A DNA stretch of 64,000 nucleotides from an uncultured Syntrophobacteraceae bacterium (GCA_964572145.1 CAZNES010000013.1:6529-70528); one strand, 5' to 3'. Positions 18,532 to 28,117 are shown, numbered from the stretch's first letter. A program made the numbers and translations. The notes: generated by a model from the sequence alone, not told the origin.

Positions 18532-19809
18532 TCACAGATAGTCTCTGGGGTCGGTGATTTGGCCGGCGACCGCAGAAGCGGCGACCGTGGCGGCGTTGCT
18601 GAGAAAGACGCTCGACTCCTTGGGCCCCATTCGTCCCCGATAGTTGCGGTTGCCCGACGAGACGCAAACTTCTCCGGCCGAAAGCGAAGGCCTGACGCAC
18701 AAGCCGCATTCGGAGCTGGTCACGACCGCGTCAGCATGCTTGAAGATCTCCAACAGCCCTTCCTTTTCGGCGAGGCGATAGGCCATAAACGAGGCGGGCG
18801 TGATGATCAGCCGCACCCCTGGTTTGACCTTTCGGCCGCGCAAAATTCCGGCCGCCATCCTGAGATCTTCGATCCGCCCGTTCGTGCACGTCCCGATGAA
18901 GCCTTGATGGATTTTGACTCCTTTGAATTCGCCGACCGGATGGGCGTTCGCGGGGTACTCCGGCGCCGCCACCTGCGGCTCGATTTGTCCCAGGTCCACG
19001 GTGTGAACTTGCTCGTAGCGCGCGCTGGCGTCGCTCGTCAGGGGCGAGAACTCGCCGGCGCCGATTTCACGCACGTAAGCGGCCGTGCGCTCGTCGGCAG
19101 GAATGATGGCGTTGACCGCGATCATCTCGACCGCCATGTTGCAGATAGTGAGCCGGCTCTCGATAGAGACCTCCTTGATTCCCGGTCCGCTGTATTCCAA
19201 AGTGCGGTTGATCGCGCCTTCGTAGCCGATCTTGCCTGCCACCCAGAGCACGATGTCTTTCCCGACCACGAACGGGCCGGGCGCACCGGTCAAATCGAAC
19301 TGTAGCGTCGCCGGAACCTTGAGCCAGATTTGGCCCGTGGCCAAAACCCCGACCGTCTCGGTAAATCCGATGCCGGTCGCGAACGCGCCGAGAGCGCCGT
19401 AGGTGCAGGTATGCGAATCGCCCCCCACGATGAACTCTCCCGGCGTTACATGGCCGTGCTCCACCATGACATTGTGGCCGATGCCGCCGTCCTCTCCGCC
19501 ATAGAGAACGGCGCGCTGCTCCCGCGCGAAGTCGCGCGCTCTCTCCTGGCCTTCGGAGCGCCGCTCGGTGCGCGGCGGCTGCTCGTCCAGATTGACGACG
19601 ATATCCTTGCCGCTCCATACATTTTGCTTTCCCATGCTTGCGAGGACTTCCAGCAGAACTCCGTAAAGCCCCTTGGCATCTTCCTTCTTCGAGAAACGCA
19701 GATCTTTTATGTAGAGCTTGTCCACGTTGGCGACGACGATGTCTCCGGCGCCGACGCTGTCGCGATTTGCCGCGCGCGCGATGATCTTCTCTGTAATGGT
19801 CATTCCCAT
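18532..19809 (-). CDS. LeuC/DmdA-like aconitase-family large subunit (divergent)
   Basis: MTITEKI, GGDSHTCTYGALG, GTCTNGR, CGLC, SSGNRNYRGRMG. Confidence 0.9.
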   Translation of the reverse strand: MGMTITEKIIARAANRDSVGAGDIVVANVDKLYIKDLRFSKKEDAKGLYGVLLEVLASMGKQNVWSGKDIVVNLDEQPPRTERRSEGQERARDFAREQRAVLYGGEDGGIGHNVMVEHGHVTPGEFIVGGDSHTCTYGALGAFATGIGFTETVGVLATGQIWLKVPATLQFDLTGAPGPFVVGKDIVLWVAGKIGYEGAINRTLEYSGPGIKEVSIESRLTICNMAVEMIAVNAIIPADERTAAYVREIGAGEFSPLTSDASARYEQVHTVDLGQIEPQVAAPEYPANAHPVGEFKGVKIHQGFIGTCTNGRIEDLRMAAGILRGRKVKPGVRLIITPASFMAYRLAEKEGLLEIFKHADAVVTSSECGLCVRPSLSAGEVCVSSGNRNYRGRMGPKESSVFLSNAATVAASAVAGQITDPRDYL

Positions 19810-20038
19810 TATCAACTCCCAGGCGATTGAATGGCTCTCCGATAAACCGGCTGCGGGCTGGTGGGATCATAGTAATTGGGCAAAGAGCCGTCAACCTTCC
19901 CGCTACGGATATTCGTTCGATGGGGCGCCAAATCCCTGGGCAGAAAACGAGGGGGGAGAGTTGACTTAACAGCGCAAGCCAACTAGTCTCCCTTTCGGAT
20001 AGAGCAAATTTTAAAAGTCAAATAAAACATACGGGAGG

Positions 20039-20815
20039 ATGGTCATGTACACAACCGACAAATACGAAGGCATGACGGCTGAGACCGTCGACATCAAGGG
20101 CGCCAAGGGCGCCAAGGGCGACAAGATCAACGCTTATTTCGCCAAGCCGCTGGGGCAGGGCAAATTCCCGGGGATGGTCCTGGTCCATCACGCGCCGGGT
20201 TGGGACGAATGGTACCGCGAGTGCACGCGGAGGTTCGCGCACCACGGCTATCTGGCGATCTCGCCGAATCTCTATTTCCGCGACGGCCATGGGACGTCGG
20301 AAGACGTCGGCGCCAAAGTGCGCGCGGCGGGCGGCGTCGCCGACGATCAGGTGCTCGGCGACATCGAGGGCTCGATGCAGTTTCTCCGCGCGCAGCCCAA
20401 TTTTAGCGGGAAGATCGGCATTTTCGGCACCTGCTCCGGCGGCCGCCACGCTTTTCTCGCCGGCTGCAAGTTGAAAGGCCTGAACGCCGTCGTCGAGTGC
20501 TGGGGCGGTAAGGTCGCCGCGTCCAAAGAGGAGCTGACGCCCAAGCAGCCGGTTGCGCCGGTCGATTTAACCAAGGATTTTTCGGCGCCGCTTCTCGGCC
20601 TGTTCGGCAACGACGACAAGAGCCCGTCGCCGGAGCAGGTCAACAAGCACGAAGAGGAATTAAAGAAGCACGGCAAAAATTACGAGTTCCATCGCTACGA
20701 CGGCGCCGGGCACGGATTTTTCTATTATGACCGTCCCGCCGCCTATCGCGCGGAGCAGGCGGTGGACGGATGGAAAAAAATCTGGGCGTTTCTGCCCAAG
20801 CACTTAGGCGCGTGA
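20039..20815 (+). CDS. Dienelactone hydrolase family protein
   Basis: GTCSGG nucleophile motif, GNDD, YDGAGHGF. Confidence 0.9.
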   Translation: MVMYTTDKYEGMTAETVDIKGAKGAKGDKINAYFAKPLGQGKFPGMVLVHHAPGWDEWYRECTRRFAHHGYLAISPNLYFRDGHGTSEDVGAKVRAAGGVADDQVLGDIEGSMQFLRAQPNFSGKIGIFGTCSGGRHAFLAGCKLKGLNAVVECWGGKVAASKEELTPKQPVAPVDLTKDFSAPLLGLFGNDDKSPSPEQVNKHEEELKKHGKNYEFHRYDGAGHGFFYYDRPAAYRAEQAVDGWKKIWAFLPKHLGA

Positions 20816-20827
20816 TCGGAGCAGAGA

Positions 20828-20914
20828 CGTGCTCGTGTTCGTGACTCGTGCTCGTGAGAGAGGCGAGCACGAACACGAAAGCCCAGAGGACTACTTCGGA
20901 GTAACACGAACACG
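20828..20914. repeat. Hexamer tandem-repeat inverted element
   Basis: CGTGCT/CGTGTT units followed by GAGCAC/GAACAC units. Confidence 0.7.
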
Positions 20915-20932
20915 TTTTTTAAGGAGACGACG

Positions 20933-21199
20933 ATGTGCACGATGATCGCCAAGCAGGTGCCGTTCGACGGCAGCGGGAAAGGGAAGGACGGCTGGTTCGA
21001 GGTGCGGCAGCTCAACGTGTCGTATGACCATCCGTACCATGCGCGAGAGGAGCACGCGCTCAATATCGATTTCGTCAACGAAGCCGAAGGACCCGGTGCG
21101 CGCGTCGCGGTGGAGCTGACCCCGGCGGCGGCGCGCAAGCTGATGCAGACCATCCAGGAAATACTGGCGCAGGCCGAGGCCGGAGGACATCTAGTGTAG
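20933..21199 (+). CDS. Small conserved protein (DUF6295-like)
   Basis: MCTMI...GSGKG...YDHPYHA..EHALNIDF...RVAVEL pattern; SD AAGGAG. Confidence 0.75.
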   Translation: MCTMIAKQVPFDGSGKGKDGWFEVRQLNVSYDHPYHAREEHALNIDFVNEAEGPGARVAVELTPAAARKLMQTIQEILAQAEAGGHLV

Positions 21200-21413
21200 T
21201 GTCTCTTAAATTAAGGCACTTATCTTTCAAGCTTTCTCTATTCACCACGAAGCGCACGAAGGACACGAAGAACGGAGAACTGGATTAGCAAAGCGACCGG
21301 ATTTCAACATGATTTTCTCTTCCTTCGTGCTCTTCGTGTCCTTCGTGGTGGCAGACTCCGTTTCGCCTGTCGAACTTAGGATAAGGTGTCAACAGCGTGA
21401 GACACTACACTAG
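21191..21413. mobile_element. 223-bp MITE-like element with 15-bp perfect terminal inverted repeats
   Basis: CTAGTGTAGTGTCTC (21191-21205) and GAGACACTACACTAG (21399-21413). Confidence 0.75.
21243..21350. repeat. Nonamer tandem-repeat inverted element nested in the MITE
   Basis: CACCACGAAG CGCACGAAG GACACGAAG ... CTTCGTGCT CTTCGTGTC CTTCGTGGTG. Confidence 0.8.
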
Positions 21414-21433
21414 AAAAGTAAAAGAGGAGACTG

Positions 21434-22276
21434 CTATAAGCCCAGAATTCGCTCGGCGTTCTTGTGAAAGATTTTTTCCATCAACTCGTCTGAGTAGCCT
21501 AACTCTCTCCACTCCCGGAAGAGGCGCTCGTAGGGGATGCTCGGATAATCGCTGCCGAACATGATCTTGTCCTGAAGCCGGCCCTTGATATCGCGCTTGA
21601 GCGCGTCAGGAAAATATTTGGGCGCCCAGCCCGATAGCTCCCAAGAGACGTTCCCTTTGTGTAGCGCCACGGCGATCATCTCCTCCGTCCAGGGCCATCC
21701 CGGATGCGCAGCGACGATGCCGAGGTTCGGAAAGTCGGCGGCGAGCCGATCGATCGCAGCCGGGTGCGCGTGCCGTATGATCGCGCCCAGGCCGCCCGGC
21801 ATGCCGGCGCCCATGCCCGTGGTGCCGACGTCGATCATGACCGGGACTTTTAATTCGTTGATCGTTTCCCACAAAGGATAGAGGCGCCGGTCGTCGGCGG
21901 AAAAGTGGCCCATGATCGGGTGAAAGTGAAAGCCGAGCATGCCGAGTTTTTCGATCGACCTTCTCGCTTCTTTTACGGCGGCATCGCCTTTCAACGGGTC
22001 GACCGCTGCCCATGCCTGCCGGATCACGCCGGGATTGTCGTCGCGCATCTTCGCCACGTAATCGTTTGAGCAAGGCGGCGCGCCCGTGACGCTCTCGATG
22101 TCGAACGCCACGAGCAGCGGCTCGACGCCGGCTCGCTTGAACTCCTCGATCACCTCCGCCTCGCTCTTCGCGGTCCACGAGCGGTTCCAGTATTTCGCCA
22201 GAGCCTCCACGTACGGGCCCTGAGATTTGATCCACGGCTCGGTGTTCGGATAGCAGTGGAGATCGATGATTCTCAA
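21434..22276 (-). CDS. Amidohydrolase_2 family protein
   Basis: IIDLHCY, AAHPGWPW, FGSDYP; TTG start after SD. Confidence 0.88.
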   Translation of the reverse strand: MRIIDLHCYPNTEPWIKSQGPYVEALAKYWNRSWTAKSEAEVIEEFKRAGVEPLLVAFDIESVTGAPPCSNDYVAKMRDDNPGVIRQAWAAVDPLKGDAAVKEARRSIEKLGMLGFHFHPIMGHFSADDRRLYPLWETINELKVPVMIDVGTTGMGAGMPGGLGAIIRHAHPAAIDRLAADFPNLGIVAAHPGWPWTEEMIAVALHKGNVSWELSGWAPKYFPDALKRDIKGRLQDKIMFGSDYPSIPYERLFREWRELGYSDELMEKIFHKNAERILGL

Positions 22277-22317
22277 AAGCGTCTCCTCTTGATTCGCACG
22301 CGATAGTTGAACGACCG

Positions 22318-22347
22318 AGAATAACTGTCGCCGGTCTTTCCTGTCAA
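22318..22347 (-). promoter_or_regulatory. Sigma70-like promoter
   Basis: TTGACA-18 nt-TATTCT. Confidence 0.5.
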
Positions 22348-22454
22348 GCTAGTGCGCTTGGGTCTGCCTAGCAGAGATGGACATTTCGCCCGGCTTGGGA
22401 TATTGGCGGAAAGTGGATTCTTCCGTCCATCCTTTCTAGGAGGTCCGCAACTTC

Positions 22455-24167
22455 GTGTTCACGCGCAAGTGGTCCACGTCGGACCGGAAGTACGGCGTCG
22501 CGGTGGAGCGCGACGTGAAGGTGCGCATGCCCGACGGCACGGTGCTCGACGGCGACATCTATCGCCCTGAGTCGTCCGAGAGATTCCCCGTGATCCTCGG
22601 CGCCCACGCTTACAACAAGGAACTCCAATCGCCGCCGATACGCCCCGTCGGTTTCACGCCGATGCGCGGCTGGATGGAAAGCGGCGATTCGACTTTCTTC
22701 GCCCGCCGCGGCTACGTCCACGCGGTGTTCAACGTGCGCGGCACGGGCAAATCGACGGGGTTCTACCAATTGCTCGGCCCGACCGAGGTCCAGGACATCT
22801 GCCATCTCATCGACTGGCTGGCCGCGCAGCCGTGGAGCACCGGCGACGTCGGAATGTTCGGCGTCTCGTATTTCGCCAAGCTGGCCAAGGCTGCGGCTGC
22901 GGCCGGTCCCAAACCGCTCAAGGCGATCTTCGCGCCATTTGCGGGAACCGACGAATATCGCCATCGCTCGTACCACGGCGGCATCCTGGCGCATGGTTTC
23001 ATCACCCACTGGCGCAACAGCCTGCACCAACCCAAATACCGGAGCATCTACCAAGAGACGAACGGCGAAGAGGCCTACCGGCGCGCGATCGAGCAAGCGA
23101 CGCGCGACGAAGAGATCATGGCGGTGCCGGCGTTGCGTGAAGCGCTCGAAAATCCGGAGGCGGGGACCAACGCGCTGGTCGTCGACGTAGTGCTGCAGCC
23201 GCTCGATGGGCCGTTCTGGCACGCGCGCAACGCTCGCGACGCTGAGGCGACCGTGCCCGCCTACCTGGGCGGTTGCTGGGGCAACTACGGACTTCACTTG
23301 CCCGGCGCCTTCACGGCGTGGAAAGATTGGAAAGGGCCGAAGAAGATGGTCATCGGCCCGCCGATCTATCTCGATCGCCCGCTCTATCAGTATCAGGATG
23401 AATCGCTGCGCTGGTTCGACTACTGGCTCAAGAAAATCGACACCGGCGTCATGAACGAGCCGCCGATCCGTTGCTTCATTCCACCGACGGGCGAATGGAA
23501 ATCGCTCGACGACTGGCCGCCGCCCGAAGCGCGCTGGACGACATTTTTTCTGCACAAAGAAAATCTACTCAGCGAGCACGAGCTTTGGCCGGAGGAGGGC
23601 GCGGATTCGTTCAACGAATCGAGCGCCGAACACGGCGCGTGGACCTACGCCACGCCGCCGCTGGTCGAGAACACGGAAGTTTTAGGTCCGAGCGTTCTCA
23701 CGATGTATCTCTCCACCACCGACACCGAAGCGCTCGTGTTCGCAACTTTGCTGCTCGTCGATCGGGAGGGCAAGGAGCACGAGCTGACGCGCGGCTGGCT
23801 GCGCGCCTCGCAGCGCCGGCTGCGGGATGACAGCGAGCCGTGGGAGCCGGTCCCGGCGCATGAAGAGCGCGAACCGCTGGAGCCGGGCAAGATCTACGAG
23901 CTGCGCATTCCGATCGTTCCGACCGCGCGTTTGTTCCAGGCCGGCGAGCGGATCGCGATCCGCATCAAGTGCGCCGACGACGAGGCGCCGGTGAATTCGC
24001 TGCAAGCGCTCGCGCGCAATCACTTGCGGCGGCCGCGCCCGGCTCGAATCACCATCCATCACGACGAGAAAACTCCGTCGCGCCTCGATCTGCCGATCAC
24101 GCGTGGCAACCTCATTGGCACTTTTTTTTCCGGCGGAGATATCAGCTCGTTCAGCATGACGCGTTGA
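22455..24167 (+). CDS. CocE/NonD family hydrolase
   Basis: MPDGTVLDGDIYRP, RGTGKSTG, GVSY nucleophile, LRWFDYWLK. Confidence 0.92.
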   Translation: MFTRKWSTSDRKYGVAVERDVKVRMPDGTVLDGDIYRPESSERFPVILGAHAYNKELQSPPIRPVGFTPMRGWMESGDSTFFARRGYVHAVFNVRGTGKSTGFYQLLGPTEVQDICHLIDWLAAQPWSTGDVGMFGVSYFAKLAKAAAAAGPKPLKAIFAPFAGTDEYRHRSYHGGILAHGFITHWRNSLHQPKYRSIYQETNGEEAYRRAIEQATRDEEIMAVPALREALENPEAGTNALVVDVVLQPLDGPFWHARNARDAEATVPAYLGGCWGNYGLHLPGAFTAWKDWKGPKKMVIGPPIYLDRPLYQYQDESLRWFDYWLKKIDTGVMNEPPIRCFIPPTGEWKSLDDWPPPEARWTTFFLHKENLLSEHELWPEEGADSFNESSAEHGAWTYATPPLVENTEVLGPSVLTMYLSTTDTEALVFATLLLVDREGKEHELTRGWLRASQRRLRDDSEPWEPVPAHEEREPLEPGKIYELRIPIVPTARLFQAGERIAIRIKCADDEAPVNSLQALARNHLRRPRPARITIHHDEKTPSRLDLPITRGNLIGTFFSGGDISSFSMTR

Positions 24168-24244
24168 TGCGCCCATCACGAAGGGTCACGGACAAGAAGT
24201 CGGCGGCGGAAGTGGCGAAGGAACCGGGCTATAAAGTTCGATGA
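24167..24244 (+). pseudogene. Remnant C-terminus of a NitT/TauT solute-binding protein
   Basis: VTDKKSAAEVAKEPGYKVR* resembles VADDRIAKEVARELGYKIN* at the end of the 25287 SBP. Confidence 0.45.
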
Positions 24245-24250
24245 GGATTT

Positions 24251-25270
24251 TTATCTTTTCAACCGGTCCAGCACGCGCTTGATTGCGTCGTCTTCGATCA
24301 CGCTCAAGACGGATTTTTTCAGCAGCTCGGCCAGGCTGCGCACCTCTTCCTTCCTCGGTTCCGGCTGAGGCGGCCGCATGAACGGTGATGGGATGAGCCC
24401 TCTCAGCCACGTGGCCGTCTTGTACCGGACGTGCAGACGCGAGTAGTCGGAGTAAACGTAACCGTGCAGCTCGGCCATGCCGGAGTTCCAGATCCGGCAC
24501 GCTTCCGCGACGTCGCGCTTCTGCCAGGCCGCCAGGTGGGCCATCATCGGCTCCATCGCGTAGTTGTAAGAACCGGACAGCGTGCCTTCCAGGATGCCGG
24601 TCGACAAGTGCTCGTGAAAGTAGCGGCCCGTCGCGATGAGCACGGCGACGTGTCGATCCAGCGTCTTCAGACCCTTGGCGATAATTTTAGTGCCTTCGTA
24701 GCTGTAGGTCATCTTCCAACCGACGATGTTGGGAATTTCCCGGCACATGAGAAGCGCCGGCGCGAGCGGAAGACCGATGCCGAAAGCCGGCGTTCGGCCG
24801 GCCACCGGATGAACGATAGCGGGGAGGTCGGCTGCTTGCAACTCGGCTTTCGCCATGTCGATCCAAACTTCGGGATATTTCTCCGGGTCCCAGGAGGTCG
24901 TGATGTCCATCATCCCGATCGGCGGTATGAGAAAGAGGCCGTCCACTCCGCGCTCCTTTGCGTCGACGGCGACCTTGACGGCGTCTTCCGTTCTTAGATC
25001 GACGACTCCCGCGAAGACGGGAACCTTGCCGCCGCATTCTTCCATGGCGATCTCGATGTTTCTTTTTTTCTCGTCCCTGCTGAGGTAGAAAATCTCCCCC
25101 GCTTCCGGGTTGATGATCACCGCGCCGCCCGCGCCGGCGAAGAAGGGCTGCATGAAGTAGCGCAAGTGCTTGCGCAGCGCCTGCTCATCGACCTCGAAGT
25201 TCTCTTTGAACGGCGTTACGATCGCCACATAGTGCCGCACGTATTTGTTCATTGTCCCATCACCCTGCAT
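24251..25270 (-). CDS. DapA/NAL-family aldolase/lyase
   Basis: AIVTPF...VDEQALR, PNIVGWKMT Schiff-base Lys; alternative start at 25252. Confidence 0.85.
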   Translation of the reverse strand: MQGDGTMNKYVRHYVAIVTPFKENFEVDEQALRKHLRYFMQPFFAGAGGAVIINPEAGEIFYLSRDEKKRNIEIAMEECGGKVPVFAGVVDLRTEDAVKVAVDAKERGVDGLFLIPPIGMMDITTSWDPEKYPEVWIDMAKAELQAADLPAIVHPVAGRTPAFGIGLPLAPALLMCREIPNIVGWKMTYSYEGTKIIAKGLKTLDRHVAVLIATGRYFHEHLSTGILEGTLSGSYNYAMEPMMAHLAAWQKRDVAEACRIWNSGMAELHGYVYSDYSRLHVRYKTATWLRGLIPSPFMRPPQPEPRKEEVRSLAELLKKSVLSVIEDDAIKRVLDRLKR

Positions 25271-25286
25271 GCTGCACCTTCACACT

Positions 25287-26264
25287 TCAGTTGATCTTGT
25301 AGCCAAGCTCCCTGGCAACCTCTTTGGCGATTCTATCGTCGGCGACTTCTTCAAAGGCCACTTTTCGATCCGTGAACTGGCCCGCCGCCTGGAGGGACTT
25401 GACGATCTGGTCGATTCCCTCGCGCGTCGGCACGCCGCTGCCGCCGGCCGTCCTTTTGACATCTAGGTAAGTATCTTCCGCCGCCTGCCGGTCGACCTTG
25501 AGAAAATCGGCGATCATGGCCGCGCTCTTTTCTTTCGATTTGAGAATTTCTTGTCTCGCCGTTTGCAGAGAGCGAATGACTCTTTTCAGTTCGTCCGGCC
25601 GATTTTGAATCGTCGTCAGCAGCGTCGTGAGGCCGCCCAGCGGCATCTTGACGCGCGAGCCGACGTCGAGAACTTCCTTCAGCCCTCTTTTCTGCGCGAA
25701 CGAGACGAAGGGCGGGCTAAAGACGGCCGCGTCGATGGTCCCCGCCTCCACCGCCGGCAGCAGTTGCGCGGCGCTGAGGCTCAGGTAGACGAAATTCTTC
25801 GGGCTCTCGCCCGCGGACTCCAAAGCGATTTGCAGCGCGACGTGCATCGTTCCCCCGAGTCCCGTAAGGCCGATCTTTTTGTTTCTGAGATCTTTTAAAT
25901 TCCGGAGCTCGGGCCGCGCGATCAGAGAATAAATCAACTGATCGGAGGCGAACCAGACGGCTCTCGAAGCCATGCCTCTCAACGTGGCGCTCAGCGAAGC
26001 GGGGCCGACGCCGGCGAAATATTGGATCTCAGCAGCGGCCAGAGCCACATTGCCGATTTGGGATCGGACTTGAATGATCTCTACTTGTAGACCGTTTTCC
26101 GCGAAAATTTTCCACTGAAGCGCGGCGAACAGGGGCAGGCAGCATATGGAGTTGCTCGGGTAGGCGATTCTGATTCTTTTCAGTTCTTGAGCGGCAAGGG
26201 TGGAGGAGAGAGCGAAAAAGGCGACGAGCGTGGTGACAGCCGCGATGGTTCTCCAAGTCCGCAT
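25287..26264 (-). CDS. ABC substrate-binding protein (NitT/TauT)
   Basis: Signal peptide, KRIRIAYPS, DLRNKKIG; start reset to MRTWRT. Confidence 0.87.
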   Translation of the reverse strand: MRTWRTIAAVTTLVAFFALSSTLAAQELKRIRIAYPSNSICCLPLFAALQWKIFAENGLQVEIIQVRSQIGNVALAAAEIQYFAGVGPASLSATLRGMASRAVWFASDQLIYSLIARPELRNLKDLRNKKIGLTGLGGTMHVALQIALESAGESPKNFVYLSLSAAQLLPAVEAGTIDAAVFSPPFVSFAQKRGLKEVLDVGSRVKMPLGGLTTLLTTIQNRPDELKRVIRSLQTARQEILKSKEKSAAMIADFLKVDRQAAEDTYLDVKRTAGGSGVPTREGIDQIVKSLQAAGQFTDRKVAFEEVADDRIAKEVARELGYKIN

Positions 26265-26341
26265 TTTTGTCCTATCCTGCGCCGGCTGTCCGAAGATGTT
26301 TGGTCCGCCGAGAGGACGATAGTCCGGCGGAGAACGGCTTG

Positions 26342-27997
26342 TCAATCGATCCGGCCGCCCTCTTGCCGCAGCTTCAATGCGATCTTCTCCGTCAGATCCT
26401 TTTTCGACACTTTGCCGAGCGGCGAGAGCGGAAAGTCGTCTACGATCTCCAACCGCTCGGGCAATTTGTGCTTCGCGATCTCTTCCTTGGCGAGAAATGC
26501 CACAAGCTCCTCGAGAGTCAAAGCGCTCCCGCGCCGCAGGATCACGCAAGCGCACATGCGCTCGCCGAGAATCGGATCGGGCATCGGCACGCAGGCGACG
26601 TTCTGAACGGCGGGATGCGCTAGAATCAGGTTCTCGATCTCCTCGGCGCTGATCTTCTCGCCGCCGCGGTTGATCAGATCCTTCTTCCGCCCTGCGACCA
26701 GATAATTTCCCGACGGATGCCGGCGCATCAAATCGCCCGAGCGATAAAAACCGTCCTTGGTAAACGCTTTGGCATTGTATTCCGGCACGCCGTAGTAGCC
26801 GCGCAGCGTATAGGGGCCGCGCGCCAGAAACTCGCCGACCTCTCCCGGCGCCACCTCGTTGTCGTCGTCGTCCACGAGCCGGACTTCGTCGTCGGGGCTG
26901 ATCGGCCGTCCCACGGTCTCCATCCTCACTTCGTCCGGATCGTCGAGCCGGACGAACATCAGCAAGCCCTCGGCCATGCCGAAATTCTCCTGGACGGCGA
27001 CGCTCGGGATCAGCTCCCTGGTGCGGCGCCGCACTTCGGGCTGAAGCCTTTGGCCGCCGCTCTGAATGACTCGCAACGATGACAGATCGAACTGTCTTAT
27101 CAGCGGGTCATTGAGCCAGCGGATCAGCAGCGCCGGAACCACGTGAACGTGCGTGACGCGGTGGCGCTCGATCAAAGGGAAAATATCTTCACCGCGCGTC
27201 GTGTTCGCTAGGACGACCTTGCCCCCGTGCAGGAGGAAGCCCTGCAAGCCGGGGCAGGCGAGCGGCAAATTGTGCGCGAGGGGGAGCGCGTCCAACAAAA
27301 TTTTATCGGGACCGACGGCGGTCACGGACGCCGCCGTTTTGGAATTGTAGACGTAGTCGTTATGCGTGCGCGGTATGAGCTTGGGAATGCCGGTGGTGCC
27401 GCCGGAGAGCTGGAACAGCGCGGGGTCTTCTGGATCGATGTTGATTTTCTTGAGCTCTTCCGGCAAGCGACTGCTTTGCCGCCGAATGAGTTCGGTCAAC
27501 GACAAGAAGCCTGCCGGCGCTTCGCCGAGGATGATGCCCAATCGCAACGTCTTGCTCGCCGCGCGGATTCTCCGGATCAATTCTCTGTAGTCGAAGTCTC
27601 TCACTCGGTCCGGAGATGCGCACGCCGCCGCGCCGGACAGCTCGACGAACTGACTCATCTCGCGGTAGCGGTGGGTGGGAAGCGCCATGATCGGAATGCA
27701 GCCGATTTTCTGGAGCGCAAAGTAGAGGTAGGCGAACTCGACGACGTTGGGAAGCTGCATGACCACGCGGTCGAGCGGCTGGAGACCTTCGTCGAGCAGG
27801 TTCAGCGCCAGTCGCGTCGCGCGTTCGTCGAGCTGGGAATAGGTGACACGCTGATCGCGATCGATGATCGCCACGCGATCGGCGTATTGGGCGAATACCT
27901 CGGAAAAAGTTTCCGCGAGTGATCGGTCCTCCCAGTATCCCCTCGCGCGGTACCGGGCGGCGAATTCAGGAGGAAATCGAACGACGCCTTCAAGCAT
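26342..27997 (-). CDS. Aryl-acid adenylating enzyme (DhbE/EntE-like AMP-binding)
   Basis: QLSGGTTGIPKLIPRTHNDY, AHNLPLACPG, FGMAEGL, YRSGDL, INRGGEKISAEE; start reset to MLEGVV. Confidence 0.9.
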   Translation of the reverse strand: MLEGVVRFPPEFAARYRARGYWEDRSLAETFSEVFAQYADRVAIIDRDQRVTYSQLDERATRLALNLLDEGLQPLDRVVMQLPNVVEFAYLYFALQKIGCIPIMALPTHRYREMSQFVELSGAAACASPDRVRDFDYRELIRRIRAASKTLRLGIILGEAPAGFLSLTELIRRQSSRLPEELKKINIDPEDPALFQLSGGTTGIPKLIPRTHNDYVYNSKTAASVTAVGPDKILLDALPLAHNLPLACPGLQGFLLHGGKVVLANTTRGEDIFPLIERHRVTHVHVVPALLIRWLNDPLIRQFDLSSLRVIQSGGQRLQPEVRRRTRELIPSVAVQENFGMAEGLLMFVRLDDPDEVRMETVGRPISPDDEVRLVDDDDNEVAPGEVGEFLARGPYTLRGYYGVPEYNAKAFTKDGFYRSGDLMRRHPSGNYLVAGRKKDLINRGGEKISAEEIENLILAHPAVQNVACVPMPDPILGERMCACVILRRGSALTLEELVAFLAKEEIAKHKLPERLEIVDDFPLSPLGKVSKKDLTEKIALKLRQEGGRID

Positions 27998-28064
27998 GTG
28001 TCCTCGCTGTGCTCTTGTGCTCGCTCCGCTCGGAATATCTCCGCCAAAGTACTGTGGCGGACAG

Positions 28065-28107
28065 ATCTCAGATTTCAAATTGTCATCGGAGATTTGAAAT
28101 TTGAGAT
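28065..28107. repeat. Heptamer-repeat hairpin
   Basis: ATCTCAGATTTCAAAT-N11-ATTTGAAATTTGAGAT. Confidence 0.7.
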
Positions 28108-28117
28108 GCCCGAATGG

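Noticed and set aside
18056-19809. Canonical leuCD for leucine biosynthesis
   Set aside because: No leuA/leuB neighbours and catalytic motifs are altered, so no gene symbol was assigned.
21243-21350. Repeats considered as a mini-CRISPR array
   Set aside because: Units are 9 nt, contiguous and inverted, with no spacers and no cas genes. The same applies to the other intergenic repeats.
22368-23555. 395-aa minus-strand ORF
   Set aside because: Antisense to the CocE hydrolase; no recognisable domain.
25287-26555. Long N-terminal extensions in track ORFs (also 1215..2342, 12373..13098, 37139..38356, 47050..48216, 62521..63741)
   Set aside because: They overlap upstream genes; internal starts give family-typical N-termini.
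26342-27997. Siderophore (enterobactin/bacillibactin) biosynthesis
   Set aside because: No isochorismate synthase, isochorismatase/ArCP, NRPS or TonB receptor nearby.
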